This document shows, piece after piece, positions 45,217-58,024 of a stretch of 64,000 nucleotides of DNA. Each line of letters opens with the position of its first letter. Positions within the stretch are counted from its first letter, which is position 1. A program made the position numbers and the translations under genes. The notes beneath the pieces were generated by a model. The model was given only the letters and a program-made list of their open reading frames with translations. It searched no databases and had not been told where the DNA came from. Source of the stretch: Candidatus Levyibacteriota bacterium (GTDB taxonomy: Bacteria; Patescibacteriota; Microgenomatia; Levybacterales; UBA12049); contig JACPLG010000003.1 of the NCBI GenBank assembly GCA_016186625.1, forward strand, positions 98,576 to 162,575, given 5' to 3'.

Positions 45217-46299
45217 TTAACCTAAATAATCTTTGAGTTTGTTTCCACGGGAGGGGTGGCGAAGTTTTCGCAAAGACTTTGCTTCAATTTGTCTTATTCG
45301 CTCTCTGGTTACCGCAAACATTTTTCCTACTTCTTCCAAAGTTTTTGGACGTCCGTCTTTTAGTCCAAATCTTTCTTCTAAAACTCGTCTTTCCCTGTCA
45401 GATAATGTTCCTAAAACCTGGTCCACCTGTTCTTTCAAAAGTTCCCTACTGGCAGAGTCAAAAAGAGTGGGTGCAGCAGCATCATGGATAAAATCTCCAA
45501 GTCGCGAATCCTCTTCATCAGAAACCGGTGACTCAAGGCTTGCCGGTTCTTGAGAAATTTTTATAATTTCAAGTGCTTTATCAGGATCAATCTCCAAAAC
45601 TTTTGCAACTTCCTCTGGAGTTGGTTCACGGCCTAATTCTTGCATTAATTTTCTTGAGGCTCGCAAAAATCTATTGATATTCTCAACCATATGTACCGGA
45701 ATTCTAATTGTTCGCGCCTGATCTGCAATTGCACGAGTAATGGACTGCCTAATCCACCAAGTTGCGTAAGTTGAAAATTTAAATCCTCTTCTCCAATCAT
45801 ATTTTTCAACTGCCCTAATTAAACCCTGATTCCCCTCCTGAATTAAATCAAGTAAAGTGAGTCCGCGGCCAACATATTTTTTGGCAATTGAAACAACCAA
45901 ACGAAGATTTGAATTAACTAATATTTTTTTTGCTTCCTCGTCTCCCTTCTCTACTCTTTTGGCAAGAATTATTTCCTGATCAAAATTAAGAAGTGGAATC
46001 CTTCCAATTTCCTTAAGATACATTCTGACAGGATCACTTACTGTTCCTTCTGTAAGAACAGTAAGTGCTTCCAACTCTTTTTCTAAATCTTCTATTGGCT
46101 TTTCATTTTCTGCTCCTTCTGCTACCGATTCAAAAACATCAATATCCGACTTTAATAATTTATCGTACAAAGAATCCAACTCTTGGATGTGTTCCTCAGG
46201 TTTTGGAAAAATTGATAGAATTTCCTCCTGGGTTATGTACCCTCGTTTTTTTGCTGAATTAACAATATCTTGTAAAATATCTGGGATATTTTTTGTCAT
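45217..46299 (-). CDS. rpoD: RNA polymerase primary sigma factor (sigma-70 family)
   Basis: Regions 1.2-4 present; [34 protein letters not shown]. Confidence 0.9.
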   Translation of the reverse strand: MTKNIPDILQDIVNSAKKRGYITQEEILSIFPKPEEHIQELDSLYDKLLKSDIDVFESVAEGAENEKPIEDLEKELEALTVLTEGTVSDPVRMYLKEIGRIPLLNFDQEIILAKRVEKGDEEAKKILVNSNLRLVVSIAKKYVGRGLTLLDLIQEGNQGLIRAVEKYDWRRGFKFSTYATWWIRQSITRAIADQARTIRIPVHMVENINRFLRASRKLMQELGREPTPEEVAKVLEIDPDKALEIIKISQEPASLESPVSDEEDSRLGDFIHDAAAPTLFDSASRELLKEQVDQVLGTLSDRERRVLEERFGLKDGRPKTLEEVGKMFAVTRERIRQIEAKSLRKLRHPSRGNKLKDYLG

Positions 46300-46335
46300 A
46301 GTAATATTTTAACACAGAAGCTTCTCAATTTAAAG

Positions 46336-48087
46336 CTAAGCCGAGGCAATTTGAGAGACAATAGCTGAGATTTCTTCTCGAAGTTTTTTTATTTCCCAAT
46401 CATTCTTTTTTGTATTTTTAAAAGTTTCACTTATTTCTCTTATTCTGTTTTTGAGAAAAAAAACCCTAAGCTCTTTAGAAACTTTTATTGCTTCTTCGCT
46501 CACTTTTTCTGCATTTTCAAATTTTGGTAAAAGCATCAAAAAACACTTATCAAAAACAGGAAGAAGCTCTTTTGCCAAATTTTTAGATAGGTTCTTTATA
46601 TCAAACTGTTTAAATTTTTTAGACAGAATAAGAAATTCTGAAAGAATTTTCCCTATACTGGGGACTAAAAACTCATAATTTATAAGGATTTCTTTTGATT
46701 TTAGATATTCGTCTTTTGGATTTTTGCTTTGAATAATTAAAGCAAGCAAATATTCTTCAAGCATTTCACGTCTATCTAATTTTTTAAGTTTTTGAAAAAC
46801 TTTCTCATTTTTCCCTTCAGTTTTTCTATCTAATTGTCTAAGAAGAGATTCATATGAAGTGTTTACTTCCCTACTTAACTTCTTAAGGTAATGTTCTTTG
46901 ACAATTTCATTTTGGATCATGGAGATTAACGGAAGTAATTCATCGGTTACTGCTTTTTTACCACTTGCTGAGTTTATATCATTTTCGGAAGTTAGTTTTG
47001 AAATAAAAAAATCATAAATTTCTATATCATTCTTGATTGCTTTTTTAAATGCCGAAGGATTCTTTTTTATTGCCTCGTCTGGATCTTTTCCTGAAGGGAC
47101 TATTACTGAGACCATAAGTCCCCTTTTTTCCAAAAAAGGTATGCTTCTTTTCATTGCCAAAATCCCGGCTGAATCTTGATCAAGACAAAGTGCAGTTTTA
47201 GGAGCAAAACGGGAAAGTAAAAGTGCCTGAGGCTCTGTTAGTGCTGTGCCTTTGAGCGCTACAACATTTGTGATTCCTTCTTTGTATGCTGAGATAACAT
47301 CAAACTCGCCTTCCATAACTATTGTTGATCCCTGCTTTTTAATTTCATCTTTTGCCAAATTCAATCCAAAAAACATACCGCCCTTGTGGTATACAAGTGT
47401 ATCTTTGGTGTTTATGTATTTAGGTCCAAAATCTTTCTCAGTTAGAGTTCTTCCGGAAAATCCAGCCACATTGCCTCTATGATCAATTAGAGGAAAAATA
47501 ATTCTTCCTCTAAAAAAATCAATGACTCTATTTTCTCTTTGGAACGAAAGTCCTGCTTCAATTAGATCATTTTTGCTAAATTTCTTTTTATTAATTAGAT
47601 AGTTGGACAGGTCTTCTCCCCTAAAAGGAGCAAAACCGATATTAAAAGTTTTAATTAACTTATCTGTAAGTTTTCTATGCTTAACCAAATACTCCAATGC
47701 TTCTTTTCCTGCAGAGTGCTTTGTCAAAACAAAATTATAATATTCAGCCGCCAATTTATTCAAAGAATAAATAAGTTCTTTTTTGGAAGAGGAAAAAGGC
47801 GTACCGTAAGTTTTAATCTCAATCCCTGCTTTTTTGCCTAAAATTCTAAGGGCTTCGATAAATTCCAAATTTTCATATTCCATGAGAAACGTGAAGGCAT
47901 CTCCTCCTTTTCCGCAGCCAAAACAATGCCAAATCTGCCTCTCAGGAGAAACAACAAAGGAAGGAGTATTTTCGCTGTGAAAAGGACAAATTGTCGTAAA
48001 ATTCCTTCCCATTTTTTTTAGAGGAAGGTATTCGGAAATAAATCCAACAATGTCTATTTTTTCGCGAACTCGGGATGCCTGGTCCAT
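46336..48087 (-). CDS. dnaG: DNA primase DnaG
   Basis: Zinc-binding CPFHSENTPSFVVSPERQIWHCFGCGKGGD; TOPRIM EGEFDVIS...; classic dnaG-rpoD order. Confidence 0.9.
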   Translation of the reverse strand: MDQASRVREKIDIVGFISEYLPLKKMGRNFTTICPFHSENTPSFVVSPERQIWHCFGCGKGGDAFTFLMEYENLEFIEALRILGKKAGIEIKTYGTPFSSSKKELIYSLNKLAAEYYNFVLTKHSAGKEALEYLVKHRKLTDKLIKTFNIGFAPFRGEDLSNYLINKKKFSKNDLIEAGLSFQRENRVIDFFRGRIIFPLIDHRGNVAGFSGRTLTEKDFGPKYINTKDTLVYHKGGMFFGLNLAKDEIKKQGSTIVMEGEFDVISAYKEGITNVVALKGTALTEPQALLLSRFAPKTALCLDQDSAGILAMKRSIPFLEKRGLMVSVIVPSGKDPDEAIKKNPSAFKKAIKNDIEIYDFFISKLTSENDINSASGKKAVTDELLPLISMIQNEIVKEHYLKKLSREVNTSYESLLRQLDRKTEGKNEKVFQKLKKLDRREMLEEYLLALIIQSKNPKDEYLKSKEILINYEFLVPSIGKILSEFLILSKKFKQFDIKNLSKNLAKELLPVFDKCFLMLLPKFENAEKVSEEAIKVSKELRVFFLKNRIREISETFKNTKKNDWEIKKLREEISAIVSQIASA

Positions 48088-48201
48088 ATCCTGAAAATTT
48101 CTAAATCCTAATTTCTAATTTCTAAACATTTAGGTTAATTAGGTCAATTTCTTGGCTATTGTACCACGCCTAACTTGCAAGTGCGAGTCAAGTTGGGGTA
48201 A

Positions 48202-50239
<2,038 letters not shown>

Positions 50240-50266
50240 GGAAGATATACCTGGTATATTAGTCCT

Positions 50267-51625
50267 ATGATATCGAAAATGAAAAACCTAATTAATACTC
50301 TAAATGCAATCTCTCCGATTGACGGAAGGTATAGAAATCATGTTGAAGAATTATCGGATTACTCATCTGAGTTTGCTTTTATTAAATATCGAACAGAAAT
50401 TGAAATCCGCTATTTGATCGCTCTTTCTAAAATCGGAATATTTCGAAAATTAAGTAATAACGAACAAAAAATTTTCAATAAGCTGATTGAAAATCTTGAC
50501 ATTGATGAGGCAGAAAAAGTTAAAGATATCGAAGAAACCACACGACACGATGTTAAAGCTATCGAGTACTATCTTAAAGAAAAACTTTCAAACACAACTC
50601 TCTCAGATATTTTAGAATTCATTCATTTTGGCCTCACTTCGGAGGATGTAAATAATCTGGCAATTAGACTCATGTTAAAAGATGCAATCCAAATTGTTAT
50701 TTTGAAGAAATTACAAAACTTAAGTAAGGAAATTTTAAATCAAACAAACAAATACAAAAAACTCCCAATGCTTGGAAGAACTCATGGACAGGCAGCGCTC
50801 CCAACAACTCTAGGAAAGGAGTTTTTAGTTTTTTACGAAAGAATTAATATCGAACTAAAGATACTGCAAGCTTTCAAATTAAAGGGAAAGTTAAATGGCG
50901 CTGTTGGTAATTATAGCGCGCTAAATTTTGCCTATCCCAAAATTGACTGGAGAAAATTTTCAAAAGACTTTGTTACTTCTTTTGGTTTGGAAGTGAATCA
51001 AACAACAAATCAAATTGCGCCTTATGAGGATATAATTTATATTTTTCAAACTCTTCAGAGAATAAACGGGATTTTGCTTGATTTTAATCAGGACATGTGG
51101 CGATATATTTCAGATGGATGGTTAATCCAAGAAAATAAAAAGGGAGAAATTGGCTCCTCAACAATGCCCCAGAAAATAAATCCGATTATGTTTGAAAATA
51201 GTGAAGGAAACTTGATAATTGCCAACTCATTAATCGAAGGGTTTACGAGTAAACTTCCACTCTCTCGTTTGCAACGCGATTTATCAAATAGCACAATTTC
51301 AAGAAATTTCGGACTAACCCTTGCCTATTGTTTATTGGCCTACAAGAATTGTTTATCAGGACTGCTTCGCATCAAAGTAAACGAGAATAAGATTATTGAC
51401 GACCTAAACAGTGATTGGTCAATTCTTTCGGAAGCGGTTCAAATTTATCTTAAGAAACAAGGAGTTAAAAAAGGATATGAAATATTAAAAGACTTAACTC
51501 GGGGAGAAAAAATGGGCAGAGATGATTTTCTAAGAATGGTTGATAAACTTCCGCTCAATAAAAATCAGAAAGACGAACTTAAAAAGTTAACTCCTCAAAA
51601 CTATATCGGTATTACTTATCCATAA
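50267..51625 (+). CDS. purB: adenylosuccinate lyase
   Basis: ISPIDGRYRN...; fumarate-lyase signature SSTMPQKINPIMFEN. Confidence 0.85.
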   Translation: MISKMKNLINTLNAISPIDGRYRNHVEELSDYSSEFAFIKYRTEIEIRYLIALSKIGIFRKLSNNEQKIFNKLIENLDIDEAEKVKDIEETTRHDVKAIEYYLKEKLSNTTLSDILEFIHFGLTSEDVNNLAIRLMLKDAIQIVILKKLQNLSKEILNQTNKYKKLPMLGRTHGQAALPTTLGKEFLVFYERINIELKILQAFKLKGKLNGAVGNYSALNFAYPKIDWRKFSKDFVTSFGLEVNQTTNQIAPYEDIIYIFQTLQRINGILLDFNQDMWRYISDGWLIQENKKGEIGSSTMPQKINPIMFENSEGNLIIANSLIEGFTSKLPLSRLQRDLSNSTISRNFGLTLAYCLLAYKNCLSGLLRIKVNENKIIDDLNSDWSILSEAVQIYLKKQGVKKGYEILKDLTRGEKMGRDDFLRMVDKLPLNKNQKDELKKLTPQNYIGITYP

Positions 51626-51675
51626 TGACCATGGCATACCTCGATTGCAAAAACCTTTGGAAATTGTTTTTTATT

Positions 51676-52539
51676 TTAAGAAGTGGTGACGCTATCCCAA
51701 TCAGAGGAAAATTTTTCAATTCCTTTATCCGTTAGGGTATGTTTTATATCAAACTGATCCCAATTATTTTCTAAATTAAGCTCCTTATACGAAATGTTTA
51801 AAAGTGAACCTTTATTATATTCATAACTTTCCAAACCTTCTAAATGGCGTTCCCCAAGTTCTTCATAAATTTTTGCCGGTGCAGTTATAATATCTGATCC
51901 TAATTTTACAGCATATTTAAGATGGTCAATACTTCTAACACTTGCAGTCAAAACTTCAACATGTCTATCACTATCCTTAAACATTTTAATAATATTTTTT
52001 ATAAGATCCATGCCGTTTTCTCCTATATCATCTAGTCTTCCGATAAAAGGAGAAACAAAAACATCACCTTTTTTTGCTCCTTTTGTTGCACAGTAAACTG
52101 CTGCTGCCTGTTCCTGGGAAAAACAAAGTGTCATATTAACTCTTATACCTAAATCGATTGATCTTCTTGCGGCAATTAACCCTTCTCTGTTAATCGGAAA
52201 TTTAATATGTGCATTTGGAATCCAGGTATACATTTCTTTGGCTTGGCTTAGCATTTCATTTGCAGTTGAATCCTTATCTGCATAAACTTCAATTGACACA
52301 AATCCTTCTGGAATTAATTTTGATATTTTCCCAACAGTGTCTTTGTAGAAATTTAAAAGCTCTTCCCGCTTTACCTTCTCTCTTCCACTTAATAAACTTT
52401 TAATAGCTGGATTTTTAATAGCAAGAGTGGGATTTGTAGTCTGACCGTCAAGCCGGCCAATTAATTTTATTACTTCCGCTGTTTCATTTGGATCGGCGCT
52501 GTCTAAAAATAATCTTGTTTTTATATTGTTAAGGCTCAT
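51676..52539 (-). CDS. tal: transaldolase-family protein
   Basis: LFLDSADPNE and GQTTNPTLA motifs. Confidence 0.8.
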   Translation of the reverse strand: MSLNNIKTRLFLDSADPNETAEVIKLIGRLDGQTTNPTLAIKNPAIKSLLSGREKVKREELLNFYKDTVGKISKLIPEGFVSIEVYADKDSTANEMLSQAKEMYTWIPNAHIKFPINREGLIAARRSIDLGIRVNMTLCFSQEQAAAVYCATKGAKKGDVFVSPFIGRLDDIGENGMDLIKNIIKMFKDSDRHVEVLTASVRSIDHLKYAVKLGSDIITAPAKIYEELGERHLEGLESYEYNKGSLLNISYKELNLENNWDQFDIKHTLTDKGIEKFSSDWDSVTTS

Positions 52540-52643
52540 TTTTTATGATATTTACTTGTCACATTTTAGCTTCCCACTTGACATGTGGGAACTCGGGTAT
52601 AGTTCTTGTTTGGTATCTTCTAAAATTGGTATAAAAAGTTTAT

Positions 52644-52892
52644 TCATATTCCTAGAACATTATTTATTTTTTCTTTGTCAAAACCCAAAATATTTACTAC
52701 CGTTCCATCGTCTTTTGTGATATGAGTACAAGGCACACCCATTGATCCGCATGAATCAATTGACGCCTGCATTTCTTCGGGCTGCTGATCAATTAAAACA
52801 TCTTCAAATTGAATATTTTTCTCACTTAAGTATTGTTTTAACATTTTGCAATAAGGACATGTTGTTGTTGAGTAAATTTTTACTTTTGGCAT
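52644..52892 (-). CDS. glutaredoxin/NrdH-like redoxin
   Basis: VKIYSTTTCPYCKMLKQYL (CPYC). Confidence 0.8.
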   Translation of the reverse strand: MPKVKIYSTTTCPYCKMLKQYLSEKNIQFEDVLIDQQPEEMQASIDSCGSMGVPCTHITKDDGTVVNILGFDKEKINNVLGI

Positions 52893-52916
52893 ATTACTAA
52901 TTCACCTCCTTTAGTT

Positions 52917-53201
52917 TTATTTTACACTTTTTAAATTAAATTTCTCATCAGGATCTAAATAATCATTATCCTCATAACACCAGATAAATGAGTGTTCATC
53001 AGCCGGATATGAGGCCATAACTTGATGTCCTGTTTTTGCTGCATGAATCCTCATATGCTGGGCGCATGAATCACAGCAGCCAACATATCCGCAAGTCAAA
53101 CAAACTCTCTGGCCGAAAGGACAAAAATGATTTTCTTCGCACTTTTCAACTCTTGGACCAACAAATTTTTTTGGTAAATGCTTACACTCGGCTATCTTCA
53201 T
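52917..53201 (-). CDS. UBP-type zinc-finger (zf-UBP) domain protein
   Basis: CxHL...C..C...C-C..C..H...H Cys/His spacing of the Znf-UBP domain. Confidence 0.55.
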   Translation of the reverse strand: MKIAECKHLPKKFVGPRVEKCEENHFCPFGQRVCLTCGYVGCCDSCAQHMRIHAAKTGHQVMASYPADEHSFIWCYEDNDYLDPDEKFNLKSVK

Positions 53202-53206
53202 ATTAA

Positions 53207-54196
53207 TTAATTCCTATAAAGCTCTGTATCGGGATGAAACGCCGCCCAGGCAAACCAGAAAAGACGAATTGGTATAACTTCCTCTTGCGTTTGTAAATTT
53301 GTGGCTTTAATCTGTCCAGAATCAGTTCGTTCCAATCTAATCGACGTGTTTCCAACAGTATCCTCTATTATTTTTTTCTTATCAAAAACGCTTTCAGGAT
53401 AGGCTTTTGATAATCCATCTAACTCAACACCATAAACTACGGTTTTTATCTGGAGTTGTCTGTTTAAATCCTTAACTCCAAAGTAAATTTCATCATCCTG
53501 CTCATAAGTGCCATAAGGGTATTGATCATAATTCCTTGAAAAACCTGTATCCCTTGATAAAACCAAAGTATCAGGGTGTTCTTTATACCACTCTCCCCAG
53601 GTAGTTGTAACAATAGGAATTTGTTTTAATTTTTCGTTTCTTCTTGCCCCGGGACCAACAATTGCCTCGCCTGTGATTTGCTGCCATAAATTCCCTTCAT
53701 ACCTGTCATACATAACCAGATCTGAGTTATGGAGTTTTCCTGATACCCCAAATTCGGTTATTACCCTGTTAACCTTTCTTTCAAACGCAACAGCTGAGCC
53801 ACAAAGAGGACAAAAAGTAACAGCAACAGGTTTATTCAGGAGAGTATCATTTACTATTTCATGCCAGTTCATTATTCTCTGAGGATACGCTCTTTGTACG
53901 CCCTCATAATCAATTGCAAAGACTATATCATTGTCATTTAACCACCCAGCTTCATTTGCGCTTTCAAATTTTGGATTATCTATTGATGGAATACAGTCTT
54001 TTCCTCCAAAGCATCCTTGTAAAAGGTCTTCTGGTTTTATTTTTGCACCGGAAAAATCAGTTTGAAATGAAACTTTGTTAACAACAGTAGAACCTGGCTC
54101 TGCTTCTTCAAACGATTGGAAACTATACTGCCCTCCTATCCATGTTAGTAAGGTTGATAGAAAAAATATGGGAATTAAAAAAATCATGTTAAACAT
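53207..54196 (-). CDS. DUF3179-like secreted/membrane-anchored protein
   Basis: IPSIDNPKF and CPLC motifs; N-terminal TM. Confidence 0.5.
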   Translation of the reverse strand: MFNMIFLIPIFFLSTLLTWIGGQYSFQSFEEAEPGSTVVNKVSFQTDFSGAKIKPEDLLQGCFGGKDCIPSIDNPKFESANEAGWLNDNDIVFAIDYEGVQRAYPQRIMNWHEIVNDTLLNKPVAVTFCPLCGSAVAFERKVNRVITEFGVSGKLHNSDLVMYDRYEGNLWQQITGEAIVGPGARRNEKLKQIPIVTTTWGEWYKEHPDTLVLSRDTGFSRNYDQYPYGTYEQDDEIYFGVKDLNRQLQIKTVVYGVELDGLSKAYPESVFDKKKIIEDTVGNTSIRLERTDSGQIKATNLQTQEEVIPIRLFWFAWAAFHPDTELYRN

Positions 54197-54644
54197 CTTT
54201 TATTTTTTCCAGTATCAGATCGAAATTTCCACCTACCCATCTATCTAATTCGCTGTCGTTTTCGTCAAGTAAAATGAGCGTTGATTGCATTGTAACCTTA
54301 TGCTTTGATTTCATTTTCTTATCATTATCATAATCAACTTTAAGAATTGTGGTATTTCTTGGTAGTTCTCCTGCCCTTTCTTTAATTTCCTTATCTAGGA
54401 CGACACAATTGACACACCATCTTAATGCTGCAAAAAATAATAAAGTTTTCCCATTCTTTTGAGATAGCGCTAAATTACTTTCAGAATAGTCACGGTAATT
54501 TTTAAGATCCATTAAAACTCTGTTTGAGGATTTATCTAAATTACTTTCTTTTTGGGATTTACTAAAGCCATCTTTAAGAAGTAGAAAAGCAGCCACAATT
54601 AAACCGAGAGCTATAAAAATAATAAAAAAATTAAACGATTTCAT
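54189..54644 (-). CDS. membrane-anchored thioredoxin-fold protein (WCVNC)
   Basis: N-terminal TM; LLFFAALRWCVNCVVLDKE CxxC. Confidence 0.6.
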   Translation of the reverse strand: MKSFNFFIIFIALGLIVAAFLLLKDGFSKSQKESNLDKSSNRVLMDLKNYRDYSESNLALSQKNGKTLLFFAALRWCVNCVVLDKEIKERAGELPRNTTILKVDYDNDKKMKSKHKVTMQSTLILLDENDSELDRWVGGNFDLILEKIKDV

Positions 54645-55060
54645 ATTTTTTTAAGTTTTTCAAGTAAACTCAAAATTTTATTTGTTTCACTATTTCTGAT
54701 AATGAAGTAGCAAATTAGCTGTCCGCATTTTCTAAAGTCCACCAGTCCCAGATCTTTTAAGCTTGACAGAGCATGGGATATTGCTGACTGTGATAAATCA
54801 AGAGTAATAGAAATATCGCTTACAGAAATTTCTTCCACTTCATTAAGCAATAAGTATATTTTTAACTTAGTTGGATCCAAAAGATATCTTGCAATCCTAT
54901 GAATTTTTTCTTCTTCTTGCAAAAGTCTCATTTTTCTTTGAAAAGATTTTATCTTCCCATCAGGAAAGTAATGTGGATGCCCTTTGTGGGAATCTATATA
55001 TGAACGTATGAACATATATTCATATATATACACCTTTTCACCTTCTTTGTCAACCAACAA
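54641..55060 (-). CDS. ArsR-like HTH transcriptional regulator
   Basis: LLLNEVEEISVSDISITLDLSQSAISHALSSLKDLGLV winged HTH. Confidence 0.55.
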   Translation of the reverse strand: MLVDKEGEKVYIYEYMFIRSYIDSHKGHPHYFPDGKIKSFQRKMRLLQEEEKIHRIARYLLDPTKLKIYLLLNEVEEISVSDISITLDLSQSAISHALSSLKDLGLVDFRKCGQLICYFIIRNSETNKILSLLEKLKKI

Positions 55061-55102
55061 TTAAGTTTTATAACATGAGATGATATTTGGTATTATATTG
55101 AT

Positions 55103-56629
55103 ATGCTTGCAAAGGTTAATTCCGCAGCTATTATTGGGCTAAATGCCACTCCTGTTGAGGTAGAAGTAGATATCTCATCCCAAGGTCTTCCCTCTTTTAC
55201 AATTGTTGGACTTCCGGACAAAGCAGTTGAAGAAGCAAAAGAAAGGGTGAGGTCTGCTCTTAAAAACACCGGTGCAGAATTTCCGGCAAAACGAATTACA
55301 GTTAATCTTGCTCCAGCAGATCTTCCAAAAGAAGGAGCACTTTATGACCTTCCAATTGCTTTGGGGGTTTTAATTGCAAGCGAACAAATAAGGGTAAAAA
55401 TCGGATATTTTCTTTTCATGGGAGAATTATCTTTGGAGGGAAAATTAAGACATACTCCAGGAGCTTTGTCCATGGCGATTCTGGGAAAAGAAAAAAAATT
55501 AACTTCATTTTTTCTTCCTCATCAAAATGCAAAAGAAGCAGCAATCATAAAAGGGATTGACATAATTCCACTAACTTCCTTACATGAGCTTCTTGATCAT
55601 TTGTCAGAAACAAAAATTATCAAAAAACAAAAACATACATCTCTTGAGAATTTCTCAAAAGAAGATTTTGAATTTGATATGAGAGACATAAAAGGACAGG
55701 AACAGGCAAAGAGGGCCATGGAAATCTCCGCTGCAGGAGGACATAACATTATTTTAAAAGGCCCGCCTGGTGCGGGAAAAACCTTACTTGCCCGCACTTT
55801 CCCATCAATTCTTCCCAAACCAACTTTTGAGGAGGCAATTGAAATCACAAAAATTTATAGCATATCAGGCCTACTTGACAGAGAAAGTCTTGTTATAAAA
55901 CGTCCCTTCCGCTCCCCCCATCATACTACCTCCCATATTGGACTTATTGGCGGAAGCAATGTTCCAAAACCTGGAGAAATTTCTCTTGCTCACCGCGGTG
56001 TTTTATTCTTGGATGAATTTCCTGAATTTCCCCGTCACGTTTTGGAAGCAATGCGCCAACCCATGGAAGACGGATTTGTAACAATTTCTAGAGCCTCCGG
56101 AAGAATTACTTTTCCTGCAAAATTTATATTAGTGGCAGCCCAAAACCCCTGTCCTTGCGGATATTTAGGAGATCCCACGCACGAATGCCGTGACTCAACT
56201 TCTGAAATCTTGCGCTATCAAAAGAAAGTTTCAGGCCCAATACTGGATAGGATTGACATCCATCTTGATGTTCCAGCTGTAAAAGTGGAAAAGTTAACAG
56301 AACAAAAAACACCATCTGGCCCTACTTCTTCTGAGGTTAGAAAAATAATCCAAAAAGCAAGAGACTTACAAACAAAAAGATTCAGAAAAGAAAAGATTCT
56401 TTCAAATTCAGAAATGAATAACAAGTTAATTAAAAAATATTGTCAGCTTTCCAATGAATCTTTGGAAATTTTAAAGCTTGCAGTTACCAAGCTAAATCTC
56501 TCTGCCCGCTCTTACAATAAAATTATAAAAGTAAGCCGCACCATTGCAGACCTTGATAGTTCGAAAGAAATCAAACCCAACCACATCGCAGAAGCTTTGC
56601 AATATAGACCTAAATTAACAGAGATATAA
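55103..56629 (+). CDS. comM: YifB/ComM-family Mg-chelatase-like AAA+ ATPase
   Basis: Lon-like N-domain; Walker A GPPGAGKTLLAR; 508 aa. Confidence 0.85.
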   Translation: MLAKVNSAAIIGLNATPVEVEVDISSQGLPSFTIVGLPDKAVEEAKERVRSALKNTGAEFPAKRITVNLAPADLPKEGALYDLPIALGVLIASEQIRVKIGYFLFMGELSLEGKLRHTPGALSMAILGKEKKLTSFFLPHQNAKEAAIIKGIDIIPLTSLHELLDHLSETKIIKKQKHTSLENFSKEDFEFDMRDIKGQEQAKRAMEISAAGGHNIILKGPPGAGKTLLARTFPSILPKPTFEEAIEITKIYSISGLLDRESLVIKRPFRSPHHTTSHIGLIGGSNVPKPGEISLAHRGVLFLDEFPEFPRHVLEAMRQPMEDGFVTISRASGRITFPAKFILVAAQNPCPCGYLGDPTHECRDSTSEILRYQKKVSGPILDRIDIHLDVPAVKVEKLTEQKTPSGPTSSEVRKIIQKARDLQTKRFRKEKILSNSEMNNKLIKKYCQLSNESLEILKLAVTKLNLSARSYNKIIKVSRTIADLDSSKEIKPNHIAEALQYRPKLTEI

Positions 56630-56668
56630 ATATCATTACGGATATACTAGTATATCCGTATTAAACAC

Positions 56669-57556
56669 ATGGAGAATCAATTTTCTAATAATCAAGCCTC
56701 ACCGAATTATTACAAGAGGAGAATTGCTGCAATCTTTGTTTTTGCAATTTTTTTTATGTTCCTTGGTCGTCATCTCACATTTCTTCCAACAATTAATCTA
56801 TCCACAAATCCTAAAGAAGTTGATTTAAAAAATGACATTGAAAAAATTATAAAAGATAGGAAGGGTTTTTATTCCATCTATTATAAAGACATAATGTCTG
56901 GAATTTTTTTTGCAATGGATGAGAAACAGATTCAAACTGGCGCATCAATTAATAAACTCCCGATAATTTCGGCACTTTATTATTTAGATAAAAACGGGAA
57001 ATTAAAACTCGATGATAAAATTACAATTCAAGAGTCTGACGTACAAGATTATGGAACAGGATCCATTCGTTATCAAACTATGCCACAGACTTATTCTCTG
57101 CGAAATCTTGCAAAGCTTGCATTAAAAGAATCTGACAATACAGCAGCCCACGTTTTGTCATTAAAAATTGGAGAAGAAAACGTACAAAAACTGGTTGACT
57201 CATGGGGGCTTAAGCAAACCAGCATGGTAAATAATAAAACTACAGTTTATGACATGGCAATTTTATTTGAAAAAATTTACAAAGGAGAAATTGCCAATCC
57301 AGAAAATTCTAAAGAGCTTTTAGAATTCTTAACAGATTCAAACATCGAAGACCGCCTTCCTGCTAAGTTACCATCAAACACAAAAGTTTATCATAAAACC
57401 GGAGACGGAGAAGGATTTATCCACGACATTGGAATAATTGAAACAGAAAAAGGCGCTTATTATCTAGGGGTCATGACATCAGATATTGGAGATCAAGAAG
57501 AACAAACAAAATCCACTATCGCCGAGATTTCAAAAAAAGTCTTTACCTATTTTTAA
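56669..57556 (+). CDS. class A beta-lactamase-fold serine hydrolase (paralog of 21645-22586)
   Basis: SxxK (GASINK), SDN (ESDNTAA), KTG (HKTGDGEG); N-terminal TM. Confidence 0.7.
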   Translation: MENQFSNNQASPNYYKRRIAAIFVFAIFFMFLGRHLTFLPTINLSTNPKEVDLKNDIEKIIKDRKGFYSIYYKDIMSGIFFAMDEKQIQTGASINKLPIISALYYLDKNGKLKLDDKITIQESDVQDYGTGSIRYQTMPQTYSLRNLAKLALKESDNTAAHVLSLKIGEENVQKLVDSWGLKQTSMVNNKTTVYDMAILFEKIYKGEIANPENSKELLEFLTDSNIEDRLPAKLPSNTKVYHKTGDGEGFIHDIGIIETEKGAYYLGVMTSDIGDQEEQTKSTIAEISKKVFTYF

Positions 57557-57980
57557 CCTGTTCCTTAATGCTTGAAAAAACGTGGTCAACAACACTGTCT
57601 TGAATTGTGCTTCCTCTTGCTTGACTAGACATATTGGGGTCTCGTAGACCTAGATGGCCTGCTAAAGCAAGGTCATAATTTTCACCAAATGCATACCCAA
57701 TCGGAGCAGAATCAAATTCGAAAAAGTATCCATCACGAGAACTATCTCTTTTAATTTCTACAAATGAAAGTATAAATTCATTCCTCCCCACAACAAGCAT
57801 GTATCCAACATTTCCTGTCAACTCTGCTATTATTTGCTCATTTCTTGCAATTACCACTAATCCTCCTGAAAAAGAAATTTCTGTTCGGCGATGGACGCGG
57901 TCTTTCCTCATTTGACGAACTACCCTACCTTCGGCATATTGAAATGTTTGTATAGAACTAAGTCCTTGTTCTACCGCCAT
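57543..57980 (-). CDS. hypothetical protein, possibly LURP-one-related/tubby-like fold (DUF567)
   Basis: 145-aa ORF; weak pattern similarity only. Confidence 0.35.
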   Translation of the reverse strand: MAVEQGLSSIQTFQYAEGRVVRQMRKDRVHRRTEISFSGGLVVIARNEQIIAELTGNVGYMLVVGRNEFILSFVEIKRDSSRDGYFFEFDSAPIGYAFGENYDLALAGHLGLRDPNMSSQARGSTIQDSVVDHVFSSIKEQVKNR

Positions 57981-58024
57981 ATAATAGTCGATGGATTATA
58001 GGTTTGAGGGTAGTAAAAGTCAAT

